A program made the translations under genes and the position numbers. Positions 18,688 to 28,130 of a stretch of DNA of 32,000 nt are shown here, piece by piece. This DNA is from Oceanibacterium hippocampi (lineage in GTDB: Bacteria > Pseudomonadota > Alphaproteobacteria > Sneathiellales > Sneathiellaceae). Where the stretch lies: the NCBI RefSeq assembly GCF_900172325.1, contig NZ_FWFR01000001.1, positions 1,301,773 to 1,333,772 on the forward strand, in the 5' to 3' direction. Numbering within the stretch: position 1 is the first letter of the stretch; each line of letters opens with the position of its first letter. The notes under the pieces were generated by a model, which saw nothing but the letters and a program-made list of their open reading frames with translations, ran no database searches and was not told the origin of the DNA.

Positions 18688-19776
18688 ATGTCCGAATCCG
18701 CGTATTTCTCAGCAAGCTATTCCGAGGCCCGGGGCAAGTTTCTCGCTGCCGCCGAAGCGGCGGGCGCGAGGATCGAATCGGTCCAGCATCCGCTGAAGGG
18801 CCCGTCCGGCGAGGCGCTCTACAACGACGTCGCCGTGCTCCGCGAGCCGGGCGACAAGGCGGTCTTCTTCACCAATTCGGCGACACACGGGATCGAGGGC
18901 TATTGCGGCTCCGGCGCGCAGACGGCGTTCTTCTCCACTTCGCTGGTCAGGGACCGGCCGAAGGGCGTCGCCGTCGTCGTCAGCCACGCGATCAATCCGC
19001 ACGGCTTCGCCCATGGCCAGCGGGTCAACGAGGACAATGTCGACCTCAACCGCAACTTCATCGACCATTCGGCCGGTCATCCCGACAATCCGCCCTACGC
19101 GGAAGTGCAGGGCCTGCTGGTGCCGGCCGACTGGGACGGCCCGTCGCGCGAGGCGGCGGACGGCGCCATCGCCCGGTTCATCGCCGACAGGGGCGAATGG
19201 GCCTTCCAGGCGGCGGTCACCCTCGGCCAGTACCAGCATCCGGAGGGGCTGTTCTATGGCGGCCTGAAGCCGGTCTGGTCGAACGCTCGCTTCCGCGACC
19301 TGGTGCGCCGGCACGTCGTCGGCTTCGAGCGTGTCGGGTTCATCGATTTCCATACCGGCCTCGGCCCGTCCGGCCATGGCGAGATCATCTCGGTCGGCTC
19401 GTCCGCCAGCGATCTCTACCGTCGCGCCCATGACTGGTACGGCGACCAGGTGCGGTCGAGCGACTCCGGCGGCGGCTCGGTCTCGGCGCCCGTCCAGGGG
19501 TCGATCATCGACGGCCTGGTGGAGGAGGGCGGCGATGCCGAGATCACGCCGGTCGCGCTCGAATACGGCACGGTGCCAGTGATGGAGGTGCTGAACTCGC
19601 TGCGCGGCGATGCCTGGCTGCATCTGTCCGACAGCAACCCCGATCGCCGGCTTGCCGACGCCATCCGGGCCGAGGTCAGGCGCGCCTTCTATACCGAAAC
19701 AGACGCCTGGAAGACGGCGATCTGCGCCCGTGCCGACGAACTGACCCGCAAGGCCTATGCGGGGCTCGCCGGCTGA
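18688..19776 (+). CDS. M14 carboxypeptidase-like protein (DUF2817-like)
   Basis: 362 aa from the ATG at 18688; the upstream part of the 515-aa ORF overlaps the ACAD gene out of frame and is Arg/Gly junk. The HxxE motif is SATHGIEGY, and NPHGFAHGQRVNEDNVDLNRNF is the M14 N-P-x-G...DLNRNF pattern. Confidence 0.75.
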   Translation: MSESAYFSASYSEARGKFLAAAEAAGARIESVQHPLKGPSGEALYNDVAVLREPGDKAVFFTNSATHGIEGYCGSGAQTAFFSTSLVRDRPKGVAVVVSHAINPHGFAHGQRVNEDNVDLNRNFIDHSAGHPDNPPYAEVQGLLVPADWDGPSREAADGAIARFIADRGEWAFQAAVTLGQYQHPEGLFYGGLKPVWSNARFRDLVRRHVVGFERVGFIDFHTGLGPSGHGEIISVGSSASDLYRRAHDWYGDQVRSSDSGGGSVSAPVQGSIIDGLVEEGGDAEITPVALEYGTVPVMEVLNSLRGDAWLHLSDSNPDRRLADAIRAEVRRAFYTETDAWKTAICARADELTRKAYAGLAG

Positions 19777-19785
19777 ACCATCGCG

Positions 19786-19809
19786 GCCGCCCGGCTCCTG
19801 CCGGGCGGC
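19786..19809. terminator. Perfect 10-bp GC hairpin between convergent genes (bidirectional terminator candidate)
   Basis: The sequence is GCCGCCCGGC-tcct-GCCGGGCGGC. It lies in the 45-nt gap between the DUF2817-like stop (19776) and the kinase stop (19822). Confidence 0.45.
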
Positions 19810-19821
19810 GCTCTTACTGTC

Positions 19822-20877
19822 CTAGCGGCAGCGCGTCTCGACGATTGACCAGGCGGTCTCGGCGAGCGTCCGGGCGAGCGGGCCATAGCTGAGCGCGCGC
19901 TCGGAACTGGCATTGCCGTCGAGGCCGCGCTTGTAGACGCCCTGGGTGATCGAGGCGAGGCGGAACAGCGAGAAGGCAAGGCAGAAGCCGAAGTTCGCCT
20001 CGATATTGTCGCGCCCTGTGCGTTCCGCATAGGCCGCCAGGTAGTCGGCCTCGGAGGGGATGCCGCTGGTCGCGAAGTCGATCTTCGTCAGCCCGCCCTG
20101 GCGCGGATGCTCGTAGTGATAGAGCAGGCAGTTGTAGGCGACGTCGGCGAGCGGATGGCCGAGCGTCGAGAGCTCCCAGTCGAGCACCGCGACAACCTTC
20201 GCCTCGTCGGCATCGAAAATCATGTTCTCCAGCCGGAAGTCGCCGTGCACGATGCGCGTCTCGTCGTCGCCCGGGATATTCTCCGGCAGCCAGGCGAGCA
20301 GGCTTTCCATCGCCTCGATCCGTTCCGTCTCGGCACCGCGATACTGCTTGCCCCATCGGCCGATCTGGCGGGCGAAATAGTTGCCCGGCTTGCCGAAATC
20401 GCCGAGCCCGACAGCGGCGTAATCGACGCCGTGCAGGCGCGCCATCACCTCGTTCATGGCATCGTAGATCGCCGCCCGTTCGGCCGGGCTGTGGTCCGGC
20501 AGGCGGGGGTCGCGGAAGACCCGGCCCTCGACCAGCGACATGACGTAGAAGGCGGTGCCGACGACGCTCTCGTCCTGGCAGAGCAGCAGCGCCTCGGGCA
20601 CCGGGACACCGGTGCCGGCCAGCGCCCGGATCACCTTGTATTCGCGTTCGACCGCGTGCGCCGACGGCAGCAGCTTGCCCGGCGGTTTCTTACGCAGCAC
20701 GTAGCGCCGCGCCGGCGTCTCCAGCACGTAGGTCGGGTTCGACTGTCCGCCCTTGAACTGGCGCACGGTGAGCCGTCCGGCATAGCCCGGGAGATGGCTT
20801 TCGAGATAGCTGGCCAGAGCCGTCTCGTCGAGGCGATGGGCCTCGCGGACCGCCGAGGTCTCGTCGGCCGCGCTCAC
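19822..20877 (-). CDS. Phosphotransferase (APH/ChoK-like kinase) family protein, ACAD10/11 N-terminal-domain type, paralog 1
   Basis: It carries FKGGQSNPTYVLETPARRYVLRKKPPGKLLPSAHAVEREYKVIRAL, the catalytic HGDFRLENMIF, and LDWELSTLGHPLADV. The GTG start overlaps the upstream paralog's stop (GTGA). Confidence 0.88.
   Translation of the reverse strand: MSAADETSAVREAHRLDETALASYLESHLPGYAGRLTVRQFKGGQSNPTYVLETPARRYVLRKKPPGKLLPSAHAVEREYKVIRALAGTGVPVPEALLLCQDESVVGTAFYVMSLVEGRVFRDPRLPDHSPAERAAIYDAMNEVMARLHGVDYAAVGLGDFGKPGNYFARQIGRWGKQYRGAETERIEAMESLLAWLPENIPGDDETRIVHGDFRLENMIFDADEAKVVAVLDWELSTLGHPLADVAYNCLLYHYEHPRQGGLTKIDFATSGIPSEADYLAAYAERTGRDNIEANFGFCLAFSLFRLASITQGVYKRGLDGNASSERALSYGPLARTLAETAWSIVETRCR
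20144..20192. repeat. 49-nt tract identical to 21202-21250 (inside kinase paralog 1)
   Basis: Direct comparison shows tcggcgagcggatggccgagcgtcgagagctcccagtcgagcaccgcga in both genes. After one mismatch, aaccttcg is shared again. Confidence 0.9.
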
Positions 20878-21947
20878 GGCTTGCCGCCGGTGAGCTTGAG
20901 CACTTCCTGCCAGGCGAGTTCGGCCAGCGGCCGGGCGCGGCGGCCCGATTCGAGCGCCTGCGCGCTTGCCGCCGTACCGGCGACGACGCGGCCCATGATG
21001 CCCTGCAGGATGCCGGCGAGGCGGAACATGTTGTAGGCCATGTAGAAGTCGAAATGCTCGATCCGCTCGCGCCCCGTGCGGCGGCAGTAGGCGGCGACAT
21101 ATTCCGCTTCGGTCGGGATGCCGAGCGCCTTGACGTCGACCCCGCCGAGGCCGCGGAAGACGTCCGGCCCGAGCCGCCAGATCATGCAGTGATAGGTGAA
21201 ATCGGCGAGCGGATGGCCGAGCGTCGAGAGCTCCCAGTCGAGCACCGCGAGAACCTTCGGTTCGGTCGGATGCAGCACCATGTTGTCGAGCCGGTAGTCG
21301 CCATGCACGAGCGTCGTCTCGTCGCCCGGCGGGATGTTCTCGGGCAGCCAGGCGATGAGATTGTCCATCGCCTCGATGGTTTCCGTCTCGGAGGCCTTGT
21401 ACTGCTTGCTCCAGCGGTTGATCTGGCGGGCTAGGTAATTGCCGGTCTTGCCGAAGTCGCCGAGCCCGACCGCCTGGTAGTCGACCTGGTGCAGCGCCGC
21501 CATGACGGCGTTCTCGGCGTCGAAGATCGCCGCCCGCTCGGCCGGGTCGATGCCCGGCAGCTGCGGGTCCCAGAGGATCCGGCCGGCGACGAAATCCATG
21601 ACGTAGAAGGCGGTGCCGATGACGTCGCTGTCCTCCCAGAGCAGGTGCGCCTTCGGCACCGGGACGTCGGTGTCGGCCAGCGCCGAGATCACCCGGTATT
21701 CCCGGTCGACCGCATGCGCCGAGGGCAGCAGCTCGCCCGGCGGCTTTCGGCGCAGCACGTAGGCCCGCTTCGGGGTCACCAGCTTGTAGCTGGGATTGGA
21801 CTGCCCGCCCTTGAACTGCTGGACCGTGAGCGGCCCCTCGAAGCCCGGAAGGCGCTTCGCGAGATAGGCTTCGAGGGCTTTCTCGTCGAAAGCGTGCTGG
21901 TCGCGCACCGCCATGGTGCCGCTGAATTCCTGCTGCGCGTCGGTCAT
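20874..21947 (-). CDS. Phosphotransferase (APH/ChoK-like kinase) family protein, ACAD10/11 N-terminal-domain type, paralog 2
   Basis: It carries FKGGQSNPSYKLVTPKRAYVLRRKPPGELLPSAHAVDREYRVISAL, HGDYRLDNMVL and LDWELSTLGHPLADF. It is collinear with paralog 1 over its whole length. Confidence 0.88.
   Translation of the reverse strand: MTDAQQEFSGTMAVRDQHAFDEKALEAYLAKRLPGFEGPLTVQQFKGGQSNPSYKLVTPKRAYVLRRKPPGELLPSAHAVDREYRVISALADTDVPVPKAHLLWEDSDVIGTAFYVMDFVAGRILWDPQLPGIDPAERAAIFDAENAVMAALHQVDYQAVGLGDFGKTGNYLARQINRWSKQYKASETETIEAMDNLIAWLPENIPPGDETTLVHGDYRLDNMVLHPTEPKVLAVLDWELSTLGHPLADFTYHCMIWRLGPDVFRGLGGVDVKALGIPTEAEYVAAYCRRTGRERIEHFDFYMAYNMFRLAGILQGIMGRVVAGTAASAQALESGRRARPLAELAWQEVLKLTGGKP
21202..21250. 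repeat. 49-nt tract identical to 20144-20192 (inside kinase paralog 2)
   Basis: This is the same 49-mer, encoding ...LDWELSTLGHPLAD... on the minus strand. Confidence 0.9.
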
Positions 21948-22001
21948 CTCGTCCCTTCGATCCTCTCGCTCATTCTTCTTCGTTATGGTTGTTCCGGCCC
22001 C

Positions 22002-23282
22002 TCACGAGGCCGTTTCGCGTTCGATGGCCCGCCAGCCGATGTCGCGCCGGCAGAAGCCCTCCGGCCAGTCGACCCGGTCGACGGCGGCATAGGCGCGGTC
22101 GCGGGCGGCGCCGACCGTCGGTCCCGTCGCGGTGATGCCGAGCACCCGGCCGCCGGTGGCGACCAGCGCATCCCCGCGCCGCGCCGTGCCGGCGTGGAAG
22201 ACCAGCACGCCGTCAAGCGCCGCGGCCCGGTCCAGCCTGCCGATCCGGGTGCCCTTCCGATAGTCGCCCGGATAGCCCTCGGCGGCGAGCACGACGACGA
22301 GCGCGGCCTCGTCCGACCAGTCGAGCGCGACCTGGCCGAGCCGGCCGTCGCAGGCCGCGATCAGGACGTCCAGCAGGTCGCTCTTCAGGCGCGGCAGCAG
22401 GACCTGGCATTCCGGATCGCCGAAACGGATGTTGTACTCGACCAGGCGTGGCCCGGTCGCGGTGATCATCAGCCCGGCATAGAGGATGCCGCGATAGGGC
22501 ATGCCCTCGGCCTGCATCCCGGCGACGGTCGGGCGGACGATCTCGGCCATGACCTGTTCGACCAGCGCGTCCGTCATCACCGGGGCCGGCGAATAGGCGC
22601 CCATGCCGCCGGTATTCGGCCCCGTGTCGCCATCGCCGACCGCCTTGTGATCCTGCGCGGTGGCAAGCGGCAGCACCGCGTCGTCGCCGACGATGGCGAA
22701 GAAGCTGGCCTCTTCGCCGACCATGAATTCCTCGACCACCACTTCTTCGCCGGCGGCCCCGAAGCGGCCGCCGAGCATGGCGTCGATCGCCGCGTCGGCC
22801 TCGGCCAGGGTGGCGGCGACGGTGACCCCCTTGCCGGCGGCGAGGCCGTCCGTCTTGACCACGACCGGGGCGCCGAGCTCGGCGGCGAAGGCCTTGGCGG
22901 CGGCGGCCTCTCGGAACCGGCCATAGGCCGCCGTCGGGATGCCGTGGCGGGCGCACAGATCCTTCATGAAGCCCTTGGAGCCCTCGAGCGCGGCGGCGGC
23001 CCGCTCCGGGCCGAAAGCGCGGATCCCGGCGCCGCGCAGATGGTCGACGATGCCGGCGACCAGCGGCGCCTCCGGTCCGACCACGACCAGCCCGATATCG
23101 GCCTCGCGGCAGAAGGATTCGACGGCGGCGAAATCGAGGGGGTCGAGATCGCGGCATTCGGCGACCCCGGCGATGCCGCCGTTACCCGGCGCGCAAAAAA
23201 GTCGTTCGAGCCGCGGCGAGCGCGCCAGCGCCCAGCAGAGCGCGTGTTCCCTGCCGCCCGAACCGATGACAAGGACGTTCAT
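22002..23282 (-). CDS. purD: Phosphoribosylamine--glycine ligase
   Basis: [19 protein letters not shown] is the hallmark PurD N-terminus. It has an ATP-grasp core ([13 protein letters not shown]) and [14 protein letters not shown]. Confidence 0.97.
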   Translation of the reverse strand: MNVLVIGSGGREHALCWALARSPRLERLFCAPGNGGIAGVAECRDLDPLDFAAVESFCREADIGLVVVGPEAPLVAGIVDHLRGAGIRAFGPERAAAALEGSKGFMKDLCARHGIPTAAYGRFREAAAAKAFAAELGAPVVVKTDGLAAGKGVTVAATLAEADAAIDAMLGGRFGAAGEEVVVEEFMVGEEASFFAIVGDDAVLPLATAQDHKAVGDGDTGPNTGGMGAYSPAPVMTDALVEQVMAEIVRPTVAGMQAEGMPYRGILYAGLMITATGPRLVEYNIRFGDPECQVLLPRLKSDLLDVLIAACDGRLGQVALDWSDEAALVVVLAAEGYPGDYRKGTRIGRLDRAAALDGVLVFHAGTARRGDALVATGGRVLGITATGPTVGAARDRAYAAVDRVDWPEGFCRRDIGWRAIERETAS

Positions 23283-23380
23283 GTGACCCCTTAACGCCGG
23301 CGGAATGCGAAACTGCCCTTACAGGGCAACCGGTTCCTTGTATCATAGGGTCCCCGTAACACAAGCAGCCCGCCAGACAC

Positions 23381-24853
23381 GTGGTCCAGCCTCCAGACAT
23401 CGGAACCGATGCCGGCGCCAACCCCGGCAACGTCCATGAATACAGCGTCTCCGAGATCAGCTCCCGGCTGAAACGGACGGTCGAGGACGCCTATGATCAT
23501 GTCCGTGTGCGCGGCGAGCTGTCGGGATTCAAGCGGGCCGCCTCGGGCCATCTCTACATGGCGCTGAAGGACGACCAGGCGGTTCTCGACGCGGTCTGCT
23601 GGCGCGGCAACGCCGGCCGGCTCACCTTCCGTCCCGAGGACGGGCTCGAGGTCGTCTGCACCGGCAAGCTGACGACCTATCCCGGGCGCTCCAAGTACCA
23701 GCTCGTGGTCGAGCGGATGGAGCCCGCCGGCGTCGGCGCACTGATGGCGCTGCTCGAGCAACGCCGACAGAAGCTCGCCGCCGAGGGCCTGTTCGAGGAG
23801 GGGCGGAAGCGGCCGCTGCCTTACCTGCCGGCCGTCATCGGCGTCGTCACCTCGCCGACCGGGGCGGTCATCCGCGACATCCTGCATCGTCTTGCCGACC
23901 GCTTCCCGCGCCACGTCCTGGTCTGGCCGGTACAGGTCCAGGGCGATGCCGCCGCCGGCCAGGTCGCGACCGCGATCCGGGGCTTCAATCGTCTGGAGAC
24001 AGGCGGCCGGGTGCCGCGCCCGGACGTGCTGATCGTCGCCCGCGGCGGCGGCTCGATCGAGGATCTCTGGGCCTTCAACGAGGAGGTCGTGGTCCGCGCC
24101 ATCGCCGGAAGCGCGATCCCGGTGATTTCCGCCGTCGGCCACGAGACCGACACCACGCTTGCCGATCACGCCGCCGATCGCAGGGCCCCGACGCCGACCG
24201 CCGCGGCCGAGATGGCGGTCCCGGTGCGCTCCGAACTGCGCCTCCAGATCCAGTCCCTCGACGGCCGCATGCTCGGCGCGATGAGCCGGCGGATCGCCGC
24301 CGAGCGCCAGCGTCTCGACGGCTTCGGGCGCGGCCTGCGCGACCCGGAATCGACGATCGCAACCGCCCGCCAGCGTCTCGACGAACTCGATTCGCGGCTC
24401 CGCGTCGCGTTGCGCGGCCGCACCGAACGCGGCCGCCGCGATCTCGCCGCGATCGCCGGGCGACTCAGCCGGCCGCTGCTGCTGCAGCGCCTCGAACAGC
24501 GCCGCGAGAAACTGGCGCGCCTCGCCGCCGATCTGGACCGCGACATGCAACGGCGGCGCGACGACCGGAAGCGGGCGCTCGACCAGGTATCGCGCCTGCT
24601 CGAAAGCTTTTCCTACCGCAAGACGCTGGAGCGCGGCTTCGCGCTGGTTCGCGACGGCGGCGGGGCGCCGCTCAAGCGCCGCGCCGCGGCGCGTGCCGGC
24701 GAGCAGGTGACGATCGAGTTCCTGGACGGTACGGTGCCGGCCGCACTGCTCGACGGCGACGCGGGCGAGCCGGCGCGCAAGGCGAAGCCCGCCCGGCCAC
24801 GAAAGACGGCCGTCGGCGGCGACTCGACACCGGAACAGGGGAGTTTGCTCTAG
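23381..24853 (+). CDS. xseA: Exodeoxyribonuclease VII large subunit
   Basis: The OB-fold N-terminus reads YSVSEISSRLKRTVEDAYDHVRVRGELSGFKRAASGHLYMALKD. It also carries GVVTSPTGAVIRDI, ARGGGSIEDLWAFNEE and AVGHETDTTLAD. The GTG start at 23381 is the only in-frame start candidate I see, so the start is less certain than the gene call. Confidence 0.9.
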   Translation: MVQPPDIGTDAGANPGNVHEYSVSEISSRLKRTVEDAYDHVRVRGELSGFKRAASGHLYMALKDDQAVLDAVCWRGNAGRLTFRPEDGLEVVCTGKLTTYPGRSKYQLVVERMEPAGVGALMALLEQRRQKLAAEGLFEEGRKRPLPYLPAVIGVVTSPTGAVIRDILHRLADRFPRHVLVWPVQVQGDAAAGQVATAIRGFNRLETGGRVPRPDVLIVARGGGSIEDLWAFNEEVVVRAIAGSAIPVISAVGHETDTTLADHAADRRAPTPTAAAEMAVPVRSELRLQIQSLDGRMLGAMSRRIAAERQRLDGFGRGLRDPESTIATARQRLDELDSRLRVALRGRTERGRRDLAAIAGRLSRPLLLQRLEQRREKLARLAADLDRDMQRRRDDRKRALDQVSRLLESFSYRKTLERGFALVRDGGGAPLKRRAAARAGEQVTIEFLDGTVPAALLDGDAGEPARKAKPARPRKTAVGGDSTPEQGSLL

Positions 24854-25045
24854 ATGCTGCACGAAGGCGAAGCGAAGGTGCTGTTCGGCGACGGCGAGGC
24901 CGAGGTGATCGCGCGCGGCCGCTACGTCCGCTGCGCGGTGACCGGCAGGCATATCCCGATCGAGGAACTGCGCTACTGGAGCGTGCCGCGGCAGGAGGCC
25001 TATATCGACGCCGAGGCGGCGCTGAAGGCGACGCGGGGCCGCTGA
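24854..25045 (+). CDS. Small conserved hypothetical protein (resembles DUF2093, from memory)
   Basis: 63 aa. The ATG immediately follows the xseA TAG (TAGATG). Third-position GC is high. C-x-V-T-G-x-x-I-P-x-x-E-L-R-Y-W-S matches my recollection of the alphaproteobacterial DUF2093 family. Confidence 0.65.
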   Translation: MLHEGEAKVLFGDGEAEVIARGRYVRCAVTGRHIPIEELRYWSVPRQEAYIDAEAALKATRGR

Positions 25046-25047
25046 TC

Positions 25048-25875
25048 GTGCGCTTTCGCGACTGCCTGCTGGCGATCTGCCTCGTCGTCGCCGTGATCGC
25101 TCCGGCCCGGGCCGTGTCGGTCCTCGAACTCGACGGCGCGCTGACCCAGGGCGGGTTCGTCCTCGGGCAGACCGCGCCGGGCGCCTCGGTGACGCTCGGC
25201 GGCAAGGCGGTGCGGGTTGCCCCGGACGGTCGTTTCGTGATCGGCTTCGGCCGCGACCACGGTCCGTCTGCCGAACTTCGCGTGGCCCTGCCGGACGGCG
25301 GGGAGGAGGCGCGGACCCTGGCGATCGCGAAGCGTGACTACGAGATCCAGCGGATCGACGGCCTGCCGCCGTCCAAGGTGACGCCCTCCGAGGCGGCGCT
25401 GGAGCGGATCCGCCGGGAGAATGCCGAGATCGCCCGGGTGCGCACGCTCGACACGCCGGAGACCTGGTTCCTGGAGGGCTGGCAATGGCCGGTCGAGGGG
25501 CCGATCAGCGGTGTCTTCGGCAGCCAGCGAATCCTGAACGGCGAGCCGCGCCGGCCCCATTTCGGCGTCGATGTCGCCGTTCCGACCGGCACGCCGGTGG
25601 TCGCGCCGGCACCGGGACGGGTGGCGCTGGCCGAGCCGGACCTGTATTTCACCGGCGGCACGGTGATGATCGATCACGGTTATGGCATCACCACCGTCTA
25701 TTCGCATCTGAGCGCGGTCGACGTCGCGGTCGGCGACATGCTCCGGCGCGGCGATCCGATCGGCAAGGTCGGCGCGACCGGACGGGCGACCGGCGCCCAC
25801 CTGGACTGGCGGATCAACTGGTTCGGCGAGCGGCTGGACCCGGAACTGCTGCCCGGGCTCAAGCCCCTGCGTTGA
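25048..25875 (+). CDS. M23 family metallopeptidase (LytM-type), secreted
   Basis: The signal peptide is CLLAICLVVAVIAPARA. M23 motifs present: HFGVDVAVPTGTPVVAPAPGRV, DHGYGITTVYSHLS and GATGRATGAHLDWRI (HxH variant). Confidence 0.88.
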   Translation: MRFRDCLLAICLVVAVIAPARAVSVLELDGALTQGGFVLGQTAPGASVTLGGKAVRVAPDGRFVIGFGRDHGPSAELRVALPDGGEEARTLAIAKRDYEIQRIDGLPPSKVTPSEAALERIRRENAEIARVRTLDTPETWFLEGWQWPVEGPISGVFGSQRILNGEPRRPHFGVDVAVPTGTPVVAPAPGRVALAEPDLYFTGGTVMIDHGYGITTVYSHLSAVDVAVGDMLRRGDPIGKVGATGRATGAHLDWRINWFGERLDPELLPGLKPLR

Positions 25876-26659
25876 AGCTCCGTTCGCGGAACAGTTCGAG
25901 CAGACGCTCGTGCAGGGCGCCGGCGCAGACCACGTCGGCATGGCGCGGTTCGGACTGGTTGTAGCGATAGGGCAGGCCGTCCGAGGTAGTCGAGGATCCG
26001 CCCGCCTCGGCGACGATGATGTCGGCGGCGGCGAGATCCCAGTCGCTCTTCGCGGTCATCGAGATCGTCGCGTCGTAGCGCCCGGAGGCGACCAGCGCCA
26101 TCCGGTAGGCGATCGAGTTCACGTGATCGAATTTCGCGCCCGGGCTTTGGCCGAGCCAGTCGTTGTGCTCGAAGCTCCGGCGGCTCGCGAGCAGTTCGGC
26201 GCCCTTCAGCCGGCGCCGCCGGGTGACGCCGATCTTCTGGCCGTTGAGCCGGGCGCCGCCACCCTTCCAGGCCTCGAAGAATTCCTCGGTCACCGGGTTG
26301 AAGACCGCGCCGGCCAGCGGCGTGCCGTCGATGACCAACGCCGCGCAGATGGTGAATTCCGGCTTGCGCGCGACGAAGGAGCGGGTGCCGTCGATCGGAT
26401 CGACGATCCAGACCCGCGACTTGCCGAGCCGGTCCGGGGTATCGGCGGTTTCCTCGGACATCCAGCCATAATCCGGCCGGGCGGCGGTAAGCCGGGCGTT
26501 GAGCAGCTTGTCGACGGCGATGTCGGCCTCCGAGACCGGGTCGCCCTCGCCCTTGGTCCAGGACTTGAAGCCCTTGTGGAAATAGTCGAGCGCCAGCGCG
26601 CCGGCCTCGCGGACCGATTCGACGATGAGCGCGTGATCGCGAAGCAGGTCGTCCGTCAT
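25859..26659 (-). CDS. Inositol monophosphatase / CysQ-family phosphatase
   Basis: Motifs present: EADIAVDKLL, WIVDPIDGTRSF and WDLAAADIIVAEAGG. Its 3' end overlaps the M23 gene 3' end by 17 nt (convergent). Confidence 0.88.
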   Translation of the reverse strand: MTDDLLRDHALIVESVREAGALALDYFHKGFKSWTKGEGDPVSEADIAVDKLLNARLTAARPDYGWMSEETADTPDRLGKSRVWIVDPIDGTRSFVARKPEFTICAALVIDGTPLAGAVFNPVTEEFFEAWKGGGARLNGQKIGVTRRRRLKGAELLASRRSFEHNDWLGQSPGAKFDHVNSIAYRMALVASGRYDATISMTAKSDWDLAAADIIVAEAGGSSTTSDGLPYRYNQSEPRHADVVCAGALHERLLELFRERSFNAGA

Positions 26660-28017
26660 GTGCCGGCGATCGTCATGCCGTCGATGCGGAGCGTCGGCGC
26701 ATTGGTGCCGTAGCGGAATTCCAGGTCGTCGGCCGGCTCCATATGGCGGAACATGTCCTTCAGGTTGCCGGCGATGGTCAGTTCCGAGACGGGAAAGGCG
26801 ATCTCGCCCTTCTCGATCCAGAACCCCGCGGCGCCGCGACTGTAGTCGCCGGTGATGCCGTTGACGCCGAAGCCGATCAGGCTGGTAACGTAGAAGCCGT
26901 CGTCGATCTCGGCGATCAGTTCGGCCGGCGGGCGGCTGCCGGCCGCCATGTAGAGGTTGGTCGCGCTCGGCCCGGGCGGCGAGGCGGTGCCGCGCGCCGC
27001 GCGGCCGTTGCTGACGAGGTCGAGCTGCCGGCCGGATGTCGAATCGAGCAGCCAGGTGGTGAGCCGGCCATCGACGATCAGGTCGAGCGCTTCCGCCGCA
27101 ACGCCCTCGCCGTCGAACGGCTTGGAACGGAGCCCGCGCGGCCGGCGCGGATCGTCGCGCACGGTGATGCCGTCGGCGAAGACCTGCTCGCCCATCCGGT
27201 CGCGCAGGAAGCTGGTGCCGCGGGCGATTGCGCTGCCGGAAATCGCCCCGGCGAAATGGCCGAGCATGCTGCCCGAGACGCGCGGGTCGAAAACCACCGG
27301 GCGGGGGCCGCTTTTCACCTTGCGCGGGTTGAGGCGGCGGACGGCGCGCTCGCCGGCGCTGCGGCCGATGGCCGTCGGGCTGCCGAGGTCGGCGCGATGG
27401 CGCACCGAAGCATAGTCATAGTCGGTTTCCATCGCCGTGCCGCTGCCGGCGATCGCCGAGGCGCCGATCGAATGGCTGGTGCTGCCGTAGGCGCCGCGAA
27501 AGCCGGTCGAGGTGGCGAGCGCGATCAGTCCTTCGCCGTAGCTGGCACTGGCGCCTTCGGAGTTGCTGACGCCGTCGACGGCGAGCATCGCCTCCTCGGT
27601 CTCGCGGGCGGTCTCGACCAGGGCCTCGGTGCTCGGCCAGTCGTCGTCGGCAAGGTCGAGATCCGGCCATTCCCGGGCCAGCAGGGCCGGATCGGCAAGA
27701 CCGCAGAAACGGTCCTCGGGCGCGCTCCGCGCCATCGCGACGGCACGCTCGACAAGTTCGTCAAGCGCCTCGCGGCGCGGGTCGTTCGAGGAGACGAAGG
27801 CCTGCTTGTGGCCGATGATGACGCGGAGGCCGATGTCGTGGTCCTCGGAGCGGGCGACATCCTCGGGCTTGCCGAGACGCCACGAAACGCCGAGCGAGGT
27901 GCTCTCGATGCGAACCGCGTCGGCGGCATCGCCGCCGCTCGCGCATGCCTTCTCGACCAGATAGCCGACAAGATCCACAGACGCCGCCTGTCGGGCGCGT
28001 TGTTCCTTCATAATCAT
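26656..28017 (-). CDS. pmbA: TldD/PmbA-family metalloprotease component, PmbA (TldE) type
   Basis: 453 aa with the PmbA pattern (no TldD HExxxH). The C-terminus reads GDYSRGAAGFWIEKGEIAFPVSELTIAGNLKDMF. Its stop overlaps the IMPase start (ATGA). Confidence 0.88.
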   Translation of the reverse strand: MIMKEQRARQAASVDLVGYLVEKACASGGDAADAVRIESTSLGVSWRLGKPEDVARSEDHDIGLRVIIGHKQAFVSSNDPRREALDELVERAVAMARSAPEDRFCGLADPALLAREWPDLDLADDDWPSTEALVETARETEEAMLAVDGVSNSEGASASYGEGLIALATSTGFRGAYGSTSHSIGASAIAGSGTAMETDYDYASVRHRADLGSPTAIGRSAGERAVRRLNPRKVKSGPRPVVFDPRVSGSMLGHFAGAISGSAIARGTSFLRDRMGEQVFADGITVRDDPRRPRGLRSKPFDGEGVAAEALDLIVDGRLTTWLLDSTSGRQLDLVSNGRAARGTASPPGPSATNLYMAAGSRPPAELIAEIDDGFYVTSLIGFGVNGITGDYSRGAAGFWIEKGEIAFPVSELTIAGNLKDMFRHMEPADDLEFRYGTNAPTLRIDGMTIAGT

Positions 28018-28130
28018 CGTCTCGCGATTGCCCTGCCAGCGAAGCGCCGGTCACTGGGCCCGTTGGCCGAACTGTCATAGATATAGGGGACGATGACGCC
28101 GAAGGGCACCCCTTTTGGCCGGCCGTTGCC

